From NCBI RefSeq assembly GCF_000025505.1, contig NC_013849.1, positions 1,650,001 to 1,682,000 of the forward strand: DNA of 32,000 nucleotides, in the 5' to 3' direction. Source of the DNA: Ferroglobus placidus DSM 10642 (GTDB taxonomy: Archaea > Halobacteriota > Archaeoglobi > Archaeoglobales > Archaeoglobaceae). The position numbers and the translations under genes were made by a program. The notes under the pieces are model-generated. The model worked only from the letters and a program-made list of their open reading frames with translations. It did no database searches and was not told the DNA's origin. Positions 18,584 through 27,285 of the stretch are shown here, one piece after another (the stretch's first letter is position 1; the number at the start of each line of letters is the position of its first letter).

Positions 18584-20118
18584 TCTAAAATTCCGAGCGG
18601 GTCTATCCTTCTATTTTCTTTCTCCAAATCCCAAAAAACTCTGTAAATGTTCAGAATCTCCGGTGAATCGTAGAAAACCACCGATTCGACTTTGTAAAAT
18701 TCTCCAATCTCATTTTTAGTGATTCTACCATCCTTAACCAGCGAAACTTCCCATGCGGTTTTGAGCTTGTTTAAGCCAACATTTGCTGCAACATCCACGA
18801 TTGAAGGTTTTAGAGTGAAAACACTGCTTGCCGATGAAATTATACTGCTCGTACGCTTATATTGGGACAAGTACTTTTTCCTAACCTTTCTGTCTGACGT
18901 TCCGTTTATTTTTGCGGCAATCTGTCTCCTCCTACTTTCCACTTTATTCAAAATTACGTGTTTTTCCCACAAATCTTTTTCAGATAACCGGAATTCCTTG
19001 GAAATGGAATTAACAGCTGCTTCATGCTCCTTCCCCAAGTAAACATCCATGGATTCCCAGAAAATCGTTTTCGGAATATTAAAGCCGAAGTTCTCAGAAA
19101 TTTCATTTGATATTAGTCCATACTTCAAACTTCCACCAGAGCCAGTAATAAAAACAGACGTACCCATTCCTTCAAAGAACAGGACATTCCTCATAATCGC
19201 TTTTGGACTTAAGTTTTCGAGTTCTTCGTGAAGATCTTCTAACTCAACCTTTTTTCTGCAAAGGTTGCATTCCCCAATAAATCCATTATCTTTCCTTTCA
19301 ATAGATACTTTACCCCCACATTCACAGTGGTACCAGAACGGTAGGGCATTTTTGCTCGCTTTTAGATCTGAAAAGTTTAGGTTTTCTGCAGCAGAATTCT
19401 GGAAGAAATTAAACGCCTCAACGTTCTCTATTATTTCTTTCCAAACTTTACCAAACAGCTTTTTGTTTTGCACGTCAGAACTTCTGAAAAACCTGATGTT
19501 CAAACCGATCAATCTGCATATCCTCGCAAACGATATAGCATTCAAGTCTGCAAAGTTGTCAGAAAGATCGTAACTAATCCACAGTTCCTCTACAATTTCC
19601 TCAACGTCGATATTACTAAGATAGTTCCTTGAAATATCCTTCACTACCTTCTCCCACTTTTCTTCTGACGGTTTATCAAGTTCATTAAATCTCTTCCATA
19701 TCTCGGAGTCGTTAGGTCTTCTGAGACCTATGTTCAGAAATCCGTATTTATTCATTTTTGGAATTCTGTTCTGGAACAAGAGCTTCGATGAGGATATGTC
19801 GTAATCAAGGAATCCAAAGAAAGCAATAGAGCTTTCATCAGAGTTTCTAAGTTCTTTTTCTATAAATTCTGCAAGAAAAGCTTTTTTCCAAATCCCCGAA
19901 TACGGTAGGAAGAGGGGTTGGTGTCCTGTCTCTATCACTAAAATCTTTTTGTCTATTCTATTGTCCTTATAGGGGATTTTCGCATCTCTATGGAACTTTT
20001 CAGATACCTCCAACAATCCTTTTAAATTTCTTCTCTGGTCGTTACCTAAAATTTTTCCACTACCAGCTATATTCTCGCAAAACTCAGAAATATTCATACT
20101 ATTCAGCTCCTTCCTCAT
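18580..20118 (-). CDS. BshC-like (bacillithiol cysteine-adding enzyme-like) protein with inserted zinc ribbon
   Basis: 512-aa ORF; GHQPLFLPYSGIWKKAFLAEFI near N-term, FITGSGGSLKYGLISNEISENFGFNIP reminiscent of BshC YVGGPGEIAYWAQL.., CECGGKV...GECNLCRKKV ribbon; overlaps PIG-L gene by 4 bp. Confidence 0.55.
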   Translation of the reverse strand: MRKELNSMNISEFCENIAGSGKILGNDQRRNLKGLLEVSEKFHRDAKIPYKDNRIDKKILVIETGHQPLFLPYSGIWKKAFLAEFIEKELRNSDESSIAFFGFLDYDISSSKLLFQNRIPKMNKYGFLNIGLRRPNDSEIWKRFNELDKPSEEKWEKVVKDISRNYLSNIDVEEIVEELWISYDLSDNFADLNAISFARICRLIGLNIRFFRSSDVQNKKLFGKVWKEIIENVEAFNFFQNSAAENLNFSDLKASKNALPFWYHCECGGKVSIERKDNGFIGECNLCRKKVELEDLHEELENLSPKAIMRNVLFFEGMGTSVFITGSGGSLKYGLISNEISENFGFNIPKTIFWESMDVYLGKEHEAAVNSISKEFRLSEKDLWEKHVILNKVESRRRQIAAKINGTSDRKVRKKYLSQYKRTSSIISSASSVFTLKPSIVDVAANVGLNKLKTAWEVSLVKDGRITKNEIGEFYKVESVVFYDSPEILNIYRVFWDLEKENRRIDPLGILE

Positions 20119-20425
20119 TTTTTCTGTTTATAAAGACGAGCTCGACTCTCCAGACAGTAATCATCAAAATCGTAAAAATAAGTAGAGATACGAAAAGATT
20201 TGAAGGAGTCGTTTTTGCACCAAATCCGATATCTATCGAAATAGCTACTAAAACCACTACAACAATACTGATAACACCGGAAAACGCTATTCTTTCAGCA
20301 AAGCTCAACTCATCTTTTTTTGGAAATATAGCCAACATCGTCGCATATCCCGGAATAAAAAACACGAAAATCAATCCGAATAACAACCTCGCCCCGTTAA
20401 TTATAACTTCTACAGCATTAACCAT
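20099..20425 (-). CDS. DUF1616-like membrane domain protein (N-terminal half)
   Basis: 108 aa; ARLLFGLIFVFFIPGYATMLAIFPKKDELSFAERIAFSGVIS. Confidence 0.7.
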   Translation of the reverse strand: MVNAVEVIINGARLLFGLIFVFFIPGYATMLAIFPKKDELSFAERIAFSGVISIVVVVLVAISIDIGFGAKTTPSNLFVSLLIFTILMITVWRVELVFINRKNEEGAE

Positions 20426-20882
20426 CTAAACCTCCCTCCTTAAGCCTCCAAATTTTGTACTTATTGAATCCCATTACAAAAATTTGAGAAAGAATTAGTC
20501 CAAGCATATCGGCAAACAAATCCATCACACTCGAAGATCTTCCGGGAACAAACATCTGATGAATCTCATCGAAGATTCCGTAACTTGTACCAATTAAGAT
20601 CGTCATAACGTAAGGATTGAATTTTATTAGATCTCTCACAGCTGGATTCAACACAAACCCAAATCCCACATAAAGCAGAATGTGTGCAAATTTGTCCGGA
20701 TACTTAAATGCGAAATAAAATGGAACTGCTAAAAATCCCAAACCGTGTTCTTTAAGAAAGTCGTAAATCACTACGATGTTCTCTCTTGAAATCGGATTGG
20801 GAGGATTTGAGGAAGAGGATAGGAGAAATATTGCAGAAGCATAAACTATCGCAAAAATTCCATAAATGTACTTTTTCTGCAT
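20418..20882 (-). CDS. VanZ-like family membrane protein
   Basis: 154 aa; DKFAHILLYVGFGFVLNP...GTSYGIFDEIHQMFVPGRSSSVMDLFADMLG. Confidence 0.85.
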   Translation of the reverse strand: MQKKYIYGIFAIVYASAIFLLSSSSNPPNPISRENIVVIYDFLKEHGLGFLAVPFYFAFKYPDKFAHILLYVGFGFVLNPAVRDLIKFNPYVMTILIGTSYGIFDEIHQMFVPGRSSSVMDLFADMLGLILSQIFVMGFNKYKIWRLKEGGLDG

Positions 20883-20900
20883 CTCTGCTCATCTCTTCTC

Positions 20901-20913
20901 CACTATATATAAT
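20901..20913 (-). promoter_or_regulatory. Possible TATA box upstream of the minus-strand cluster
   Basis: 'cactatatataat' ~25-30 nt upstream of start at 20882. Confidence 0.4.
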
Positions 20914-20963
20914 TTGGTGAAGATAGCAAATGTTTATTAATAACGTGCCAAAAGATCATCGAA

Positions 20964-21395
20964 ATGAACGAAAACGATGATATAATTCCTGAAAAAACGG
21001 GCAAACTCATGCTCAAAGCGCTAATTGCAGCTACAATTTTAAGCGTTGTGTTGATGTCTTACCTTCTGTGGGTAAGCTCGCAGGAGAGGTATACAACCAT
21101 CTATATTTACCCAGATTCGTATACGAACTACGCAAAACCCGGAAGCGTTGTGAAATTTAAGTACGGCATTTACTGTCACGAGGGAAAGGAGACGGAGTAT
21201 CTAATCAAAGTATATCTCGGAGAAAAGCTGGTCAAATCAAAGGAAATAATGTTAAAGAATGGGGAAAGTCGGGAAGAAAACGAAAGCATAGTTTTACCCC
21301 AAAACATCTCTTTGCCAGTTAAAGTTAGAGTTGAGGCAGTGACAGAAAATTCCGTTTACGACGCTTACTTCTGGATAAAAGCTAGTAAGGAATAA
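20964..21395 (+). CDS. Membrane-anchored extracytoplasmic protein resembling the C-terminal half of DUF1616 proteins
   Basis: 143 aa; one TM, then YTTIYIYPDSYTNYAKPGSVVKFKYGIYCHEGKETEYLIKVYLGEKLV beta-domain. Confidence 0.6.
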   Translation: MNENDDIIPEKTGKLMLKALIAATILSVVLMSYLLWVSSQERYTTIYIYPDSYTNYAKPGSVVKFKYGIYCHEGKETEYLIKVYLGEKLVKSKEIMLKNGESREENESIVLPQNISLPVKVRVEAVTENSVYDAYFWIKASKE

Positions 21396-22350
21396 AAAGA
21401 CCGATTATACAAAAGATAGTTGTCAACCCATACATCGATAGAACAACTTGTTTTTCCGTCATTTTAAAGTAATACGGCAAAACCCATTTGAGAGTGTATG
21501 GGTTTGGTGCTTCAATCGTTTTGTCTCTTCTCACTCTTCCAAACTTAACGATCTCGTATCTCCTATCTTGAGGTTTCATCTTTCTCATTATTCTCCAGTA
21601 AACGTAGAGGAGGAAGTTCAGTGTGTGGGGAAAAAGCATTACGAACCCAGAAACGTAAAATCCTCCGAGGATTATAGACAAGCCAACAGTCGAACCCATC
21701 GCAAAAGCTCCGACGTTTCCATCAAATATCTTCGAGGGATACCAGTTGTAGTACAAGAAGCCGAGTACTGCTCCAAGCATCGACGAGGTTATCAAAACGC
21801 TTCCCCTTCCAGTAATCAGAGTTTTAACCAATAGAAAAGCAAGTAAAATTGCCGTCAATCCAGCAGCCATTCCGTTAAAGCCAGAATGCATGTTCACGAG
21901 GTTTGCAACAACCATAACGTAAATAGGTGCGGCAATGAAGAGAAAGTAACCACTTACTTCCCCCACCACTGGAATCCAAGCGGTAGCTGCCACAAAAGCT
22001 ATCGGAGCTGTAAATAGTGGGGGAAAAACGATCTTCGTTGCTCTACCTATATCCACAAAGTCGTCGATTAATCCGAATAGACCGTAGAGCGAAATTATGA
22101 ACAGCGAAACTGCTTCTGGAAGGGATATCTGAAATGGGAAACTCCCAAACATTGCAAGAAAGACTACTGCATAGAATGCAAGAAGTATCGACAGTCCACC
22201 TGAAGTTGGGACGTATTGTGCACTATTCTTGTAGTAGTCTTTTACAACCCTGTTTCTGTCTTTGAATTTTTTAATTTGGAGAGGAATTAACAGCATGGCT
22301 AAACCAAACGCCGCAATCAATGTTCCTAAAAATTCCATACCACCACACAC
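21382..22350 (-). CDS. MraY/WecA/AglH-type polyprenyl-phosphate N-acetylhexosamine-1-phosphate transferase
   Basis: PTSGGLSILLAFY, GLFGLIDDFVDIG, NLVNMHSGFNGMAAG, IFDGNVGAFAMG motifs, multi-TM. Confidence 0.9.
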   Translation of the reverse strand: MCGGMEFLGTLIAAFGLAMLLIPLQIKKFKDRNRVVKDYYKNSAQYVPTSGGLSILLAFYAVVFLAMFGSFPFQISLPEAVSLFIISLYGLFGLIDDFVDIGRATKIVFPPLFTAPIAFVAATAWIPVVGEVSGYFLFIAAPIYVMVVANLVNMHSGFNGMAAGLTAILLAFLLVKTLITGRGSVLITSSMLGAVLGFLYYNWYPSKIFDGNVGAFAMGSTVGLSIILGGFYVSGFVMLFPHTLNFLLYVYWRIMRKMKPQDRRYEIVKFGRVRRDKTIEAPNPYTLKWVLPYYFKMTEKQVVLSMYGLTTIFCIIGLFIPY

Positions 22351-22429
22351 CCGTTTTCAAAATTGAAAGAAAGCACCAGCTGATTCCGGCACCCTCCCAT
22401 CATCGAAATCAGATTAGGTAACCGGAATT

Positions 22430-22783
22430 TTAAAGGAAATTCAATACGATTTCTTCTGAAATGCAGATGTATTTCTTAACTATCTTCGCAAATTCCCACC
22501 TTTGAACCGAAAAGGGTACAGAATATTTATCTGCCAGACCTTTCCTTTCAAACTCCAAAATCACCATCCTAATCTGAGCTTGAGAAACTTTATGACCCTT
22601 CCTGCCTAAAAACTCGCTCAACCTGCTGAGGGAGTTTGCGAAGTAACCGATACCTTTCCCAACATCTGCAGACGAATTTCTAACCACCCCACAATGTTTG
22701 CAGTGGGGATGCAGCTTGATGAGATGGTTCCGGGAGGGTAACCAGTCCCTCTTCTTCGAATCTTCGTGTTTGCAAATGGACAT
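22430..22783 (-). CDS. Small conserved-type hypothetical protein with CxxC motif
   Basis: 117-aa ORF; HPHCKHCGVVRNSSADVGKGIGYFANSLSRLSEFLGRKGHKVSQAQIRMVILEF. Confidence 0.6.
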   Translation of the reverse strand: MSICKHEDSKKRDWLPSRNHLIKLHPHCKHCGVVRNSSADVGKGIGYFANSLSRLSEFLGRKGHKVSQAQIRMVILEFERKGLADKYSVPFSVQRWEFAKIVKKYICISEEIVLNFL

Positions 22784-22910
22784 ATTACTGAAAATCCGCT
22801 AGATTAGTAGATAAATTTTTCGATAAAATTATTAATTAAGCTTATAGTGATAATGAGTAATAATCTTGAAAAGTGATATTTAAATAATCAAAGTAAGAAT
22901 ATCAATTAAA

Positions 22911-23669
22911 ATGAGCAATATCAATAACTTCACCGTGATAATGCTTGCGATAATCCAAGGAGTTGCCGAGTGGCTTCCAGTAAGTAGCGAAGGCTTATCA
23001 ATCCTTCTCATGGTGAACATACTCAAAGTTAATTTTTCAGAAGCTTTCAGCTATGCAATATTCCTCCACCTCGGAACGATGCTTGCGGTTCTTGCAAAAT
23101 TTAGAAGAGACTTCTTAGACCTTTTAAGTATTCGATCTCCTATCTTAAAGCAGGTTTTGCTTGCGACGATTTTCACCGCTTCAAGTGCTGTTCCTCTAAT
23201 GCTCTTAGTGAGGGGTGTCGATGGCACATTAGCAAATATGCTGATAGGATTTCTGCTTATTGCCACTGGAATTCTTTTAAGACTGCCCAAGGAGGGATAC
23301 AAGAAAGCGGAAAGTTTATCGCTTAAAGAAAGTGCTGCTTTAGGATTTGTTCAGGGATTTGCAATTCTTCCGGGAATTTCGAGATCTGGTGCTACAATCA
23401 GCTTTCTTCTTCTGAGAAAGGTGAAAGAAGAGGACGCCCTAAAACTTTCATTTATAATAAGCGTCCCGGCTGTAGCTGGAGCTGTGCTTTTGAGTGGATT
23501 TCCAAAGAATTTTTCCATCGACGTAGCCCTTACCCTCACCTTAACAACATTCCTTGTTGGTTACGGAATGATCGATCTCCTTTTGAAATTTGCAAGTAAG
23601 GTTAGCTTTTCGAGTTTCTGTATGGCCCTCGGAGTTACGGCAGTTGCCCTAACTTTTATCGTTCTGTGA
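22911..23669 (+). CDS. uppP: Undecaprenyl-diphosphatase UppP/BacA family
   Basis: IIQGVAEWLPVSSEGLSIL and QGFAILPGISRSGATIS motifs. Confidence 0.92.
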   Translation: MSNINNFTVIMLAIIQGVAEWLPVSSEGLSILLMVNILKVNFSEAFSYAIFLHLGTMLAVLAKFRRDFLDLLSIRSPILKQVLLATIFTASSAVPLMLLVRGVDGTLANMLIGFLLIATGILLRLPKEGYKKAESLSLKESAALGFVQGFAILPGISRSGATISFLLLRKVKEEDALKLSFIISVPAVAGAVLLSGFPKNFSIDVALTLTLTTFLVGYGMIDLLLKFASKVSFSSFCMALGVTAVALTFIVL

Positions 23670-24473
23670 AGATACGAGAATTGCAGCTAAAAACACTAAA
23701 AACGCTCCCAAGTATTGAAGAGCGGAGAGGGTTTCCCCGAGAACGATCACCGAAAAAACGTGAGAAAATACTCCCTCGAGGGAAAGTATTATCCCGGCAT
23801 CCACGGACTTCGTGTAAGATTGGAGGTAGTTTTGAAGAATCTTGGCGACAAATGTCGCGAGAAGACCCGTTATAAGGAGGGAAAGAAGAACATAGTCGTT
23901 CAAAACAAGTTTCTCTGTAAAAAATAAAGCTGGAAAGGTTGAAAATAAACCTATCGAAAGCACCTGCCACCCAGCCAAGCTCAACGGTTGCAGCTTCTTG
24001 GAGTACTCGGATATCATGGCTATCTCGAAAGCAAAGGCTATCGCACACAGAAGGATGAGAGCATCTCCGGTATTAAATGAAGAAACCCCGGAAAGGAGGT
24101 AAACTCCGATGAAGGCGACAATAACAGAAAGAGCTTCCACCCTCGTGAGCTTTTCTCCGTAAAGTTTCGCTGCTATGATCGGCGTGAAAACTATGTAAGT
24201 AGAAGTTATGAATCCGGCGTTGGTGGCAGTGGTGAGTTCGAGCCCTATCGTTTGGAAAGTATATCCGAGAAAAGATGCTACTCCGATTTTTACACCAGCA
24301 CTCGCTTCTCGTCTTTTTAGGAAAGGCAGAAAGAGAAGTGAAGTAAAAACGAACCTGATTGCGTTAAAAGCGAAAGGAGAGATGAAGTTCAGCGCGAGTT
24401 TAACGACAGGAAAAGTCGCTCCCCAAATCAACGCAACAAGCAATAATCCGGCGTCGGCGTAGAGTCTTTTCAC
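23649..24473 (-). CDS. EamA/DMT-family transporter
   Basis: 274-aa, 10 TM; LIWGATFPVVKLAL...FNAIRFVFTSLLFLPF, SLEGVFSHVFSVIVLGETLS. Confidence 0.9.
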   Translation of the reverse strand: MKRLYADAGLLLVALIWGATFPVVKLALNFISPFAFNAIRFVFTSLLFLPFLKRREASAGVKIGVASFLGYTFQTIGLELTTATNAGFITSTYIVFTPIIAAKLYGEKLTRVEALSVIVAFIGVYLLSGVSSFNTGDALILLCAIAFAFEIAMISEYSKKLQPLSLAGWQVLSIGLFSTFPALFFTEKLVLNDYVLLSLLITGLLATFVAKILQNYLQSYTKSVDAGIILSLEGVFSHVFSVIVLGETLSALQYLGAFLVFLAAILVSSQNDKS

Positions 24474-24508
24474 GAAGTTGTGTTCTAAAAAATTTATAAA
24501 AAACTTGT

Positions 24509-25129
24509 TTACCTCTGCATCATCATCGATATCGAGCAGACGTTGCCGTGCGTTTCAAACAAGCTTAGGTCGAGATCGACGAACTTCGCCTCGTACTTTT
24601 CAACAATTTTTCCTTGCTGAGTAACGGTGGTTTTGAAAGCGTCTCCCACCGGCTCGCTTTTCACATCCTCAGCTTCACCCGGAGAAATCTCCTGAGTGGT
24701 TTTAATTTCGACCCAGTCACAGTTTTGAGGAGCGTTTATTCCACCAGCGTTTTTGACGTACATCGTTGTCGTTAAAGTGTTGCCCTCGTACTTGTGTTTG
24801 ATTATAACCACCTCCCCTTCTGAGTTTTGCATTCTCATCTTTTGCTCGTTGTTGTTTGCGTCGTAGTAGAACCAGAACTCCATCGTCTTTTCTGCACCCT
24901 CCTCAGATATCGTGGCTTTCACATAATACATCTTTTTAGCGTTGAAGAGATCTAAGAGGGTGTTTATTTCTCCTTCCTCTACAACAACTTCAGTCTTCTT
25001 TTCTGGAGTTTTTTCCGTGACTGGCGTTTTCTCAGGCTTCGGAGTTTCTGCGGTTTCAACTTTTTCTTCCTTACCACTGCACCCGGATAAAACGACGAGA
25101 AGAACTAAAAGCAAAGCCAACAACCTCAT
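24509..25129 (-). CDS. Predicted lipoprotein, function unknown
   Basis: MRLLALLLVLLVVLSGCSGKEEK lipobox, Thr/Pro/Lys-rich linker, then globular domain. Confidence 0.8.
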   Translation of the reverse strand: MRLLALLLVLLVVLSGCSGKEEKVETAETPKPEKTPVTEKTPEKKTEVVVEEGEINTLLDLFNAKKMYYVKATISEEGAEKTMEFWFYYDANNNEQKMRMQNSEGEVVIIKHKYEGNTLTTTMYVKNAGGINAPQNCDWVEIKTTQEISPGEAEDVKSEPVGDAFKTTVTQQGKIVEKYEAKFVDLDLSLFETHGNVCSISMMMQR

Positions 25130-25223
25130 GCTTTCCCTCCGACGTTTCGAAAATTTTGCTTTTTAGAAATATTTATACTTTTTCCCTGAAAAGTTTAATA
25201 TTCCTCCAAAATACTCAAAAAGC

Positions 25224-26375
25224 ATGAGACAGCTTATCTACCTCGCTTTCATCTGCTTTATTTTAATGTTCAGTGTCACGATGATTTATCCGGTTGTGAA
25301 GCATTACGTGATGGACAAGTACGAAGCTACCGTCTCCCAGGCGAGCATGTTTGTTGCGGTGAATTTAATAGCCTATGCAATTTTCGCCCCAGTTTGGGGT
25401 TCTTTGTCGGACAAACTCGGAAAGAGGAAGGTTTTCATAACAACCGGGTTGCTTGGAAATTCGGCGATGCTTTTCCTTCAAGCTATAGCTCCAAATCTCT
25501 CCTTACTTATGCTTTTCAGGTTTGTCGAGGGAATATTCACTGTTATGGTTTACTCGATAGCGATGACTCTCGTTCTCGATATAGCGAGGAAAGAAGCTTA
25601 CGGCAGAGGGATGGGTGTAATCGGAATGGGAATAGCTACTGGCACGGCATTCGGCGCTCCTTTCGGAGGCTTTCTCGGAAGCTTAAATCCAGTCATGCCG
25701 TTCTACTCAGCTTCTCTACTCATCTTCCTCGCTTTCGTCTTCGCTCTAATTATTCTCGAGGATGTAGAAGTTGAAAGTTCGAAATCGGTTCTTGAGGGGA
25801 TAGCTGTTGCTAAAAAGAGAAAAGAGCTTCTAATTCCCTACCTCTTCTCCTTCGTCGACAGATTCACAGCTGGGTTTTTTATCAGCGTCTTTCCGATAAT
25901 GCTCGGAACGCTCTATCAAATGACTCCGAAGGAGATAGGAATTTACCTCTCTTCATTCTTAATGCCCTTCGCACTCCTTCAGTATCCGGGCGGATTTATC
26001 AGTGACAGATTCGGTAGAATAAAACCGCTAATACTCGGAAGCATCATCTACGGAATCTGCATATCTTCGGTTGGATTTCTCACTCCACCGGCAATAGCAA
26101 TCTCAATGCTCGTTGCCGGAGTTGCTGCAGCGATAATACTTCCGGCTTCATCAGCTTTAAGCGGAGATCTCGCTCCGAAGGATTTGAAAGGAGCAGCTAT
26201 CGGAGGGTTCAACTTCAGCGGATCTTTAGGATTCGCTTTGGGTCCGGCAGTAGCCGGGTTTATTGCTGAAAAGTACGGCTTCTCTCAAACATTTTACATT
26301 GCCGGGATATCAGTGTTTATGGTAACCTTTGCAGCGGTCCTGTTGCTGAGAAAATGGAAGATTAACGCGTTTTAG
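25224..26375 (+). CDS. Major facilitator superfamily transporter
   Basis: 383 aa, 12 TM; APVWGSLSDKLGKRKVFITTGLLG, YPGGFISDRFGRIKPL. Confidence 0.9.
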   Translation: MRQLIYLAFICFILMFSVTMIYPVVKHYVMDKYEATVSQASMFVAVNLIAYAIFAPVWGSLSDKLGKRKVFITTGLLGNSAMLFLQAIAPNLSLLMLFRFVEGIFTVMVYSIAMTLVLDIARKEAYGRGMGVIGMGIATGTAFGAPFGGFLGSLNPVMPFYSASLLIFLAFVFALIILEDVEVESSKSVLEGIAVAKKRKELLIPYLFSFVDRFTAGFFISVFPIMLGTLYQMTPKEIGIYLSSFLMPFALLQYPGGFISDRFGRIKPLILGSIIYGICISSVGFLTPPAIAISMLVAGVAAAIILPASSALSGDLAPKDLKGAAIGGFNFSGSLGFALGPAVAGFIAEKYGFSQTFYIAGISVFMVTFAAVLLLRKWKINAF

Positions 26376-26383
26376 TTCAAAAG

Positions 26384-27247
26384 TTACGACAGAACTTCGG
26401 CGATCGTAAAAAGTAGCAAAAAGAAGCTTATAAGAGCGTTTGCATGGAAAAAAGAGATTTCTAACTTGCTTTCATCGATCTCTATTATGAGATGCTGAAA
26501 AGCTATTAAAAAAGCTATTGCTGCCAGAGAGAGCTTTACATAAATTCCGAAGTCGAAGTACTTGTAAAAGGCTACGAAGAGGAGGAGAAGGAAAACAACG
26601 TGGTTTAAAGTCGAGATTATCTTGGCAGCTTTCACTCCGAAATGGGCTGGAATGGAATGAAGACCGTATTTTCTATCAAACTCCAAATCTTGGAGAGCGT
26701 AAATTATATCGAAGCCAGCCACCCAGAACATCACAGCCACTCCTATTAAAAACGGGAGAGCAGCTTCCCCAAAGATATTGAAAGAGCCAGTTACGGCTAT
26801 CCAACCACCCATTGGAGCGAAAGAGAGGTTTAAACCGAGGATGTAATGGGATATGCAGGAGAGCCTTTTTAAGTAAGGATAGATGTAAGCGACAATCGCT
26901 GGAATTGGAGAAAGTACGAAAGCGAGCCAGTTCAGAAAGTATGCGGAAATAAAGTATGCTGCGAGAGCAAATGCGGCTATGGCGTAAGCTTCACCAACGC
27001 TTATTATTCCAGCCGGAATGTGCCTGTTCCTCGTTCTCGGGTTTAAAGCGTCGATTTCCCTGTCAATTATTCTGTTAAAAGACATGGCGGCAGTTCTCAA
27101 TCCGGTGAAAGCCGTTGTGATTAAAACGAACTTCTCCAGAGGAATTTTCCCTCCGCTTGCGAGTATCGCACCGAGATAAGCGAAAGGTAAAGCAAATAAG
27201 GTGTGCTCTATTTTAATGAAGTCGAGGTAATCTCTGAGAGTTGCCAT
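26384..27247 (-). CDS. ubiA: UbiA family prenyltransferase (4-hydroxybenzoate polyprenyltransferase-like, quinone biosynthesis)
   Basis: NRIIDREIDALNPRTRNRHIPAG and YALQDLEFDRKYGLHSIPAHFG motifs. Confidence 0.9.
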   Translation of the reverse strand: MATLRDYLDFIKIEHTLFALPFAYLGAILASGGKIPLEKFVLITTAFTGLRTAAMSFNRIIDREIDALNPRTRNRHIPAGIISVGEAYAIAAFALAAYFISAYFLNWLAFVLSPIPAIVAYIYPYLKRLSCISHYILGLNLSFAPMGGWIAVTGSFNIFGEAALPFLIGVAVMFWVAGFDIIYALQDLEFDRKYGLHSIPAHFGVKAAKIISTLNHVVFLLLLFVAFYKYFDFGIYVKLSLAAIAFLIAFQHLIIEIDESKLEISFFHANALISFFLLLFTIAEVLS

Positions 27248-27285
27248 AAAATGGGCTAAGAAGATGAGTATAAAAAGGTGATCGA

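Noticed and set aside
24509-25129. Lipoprotein as a possible archaeosortase substrate
   Set aside because: It has an N-terminal lipobox but no C-terminal motif/TM/basic tail.
25394-25774. 126-aa plus-strand ORF within the MFS gene
   Set aside because: Alternate-frame overlap with a clearly supported transporter; no features.
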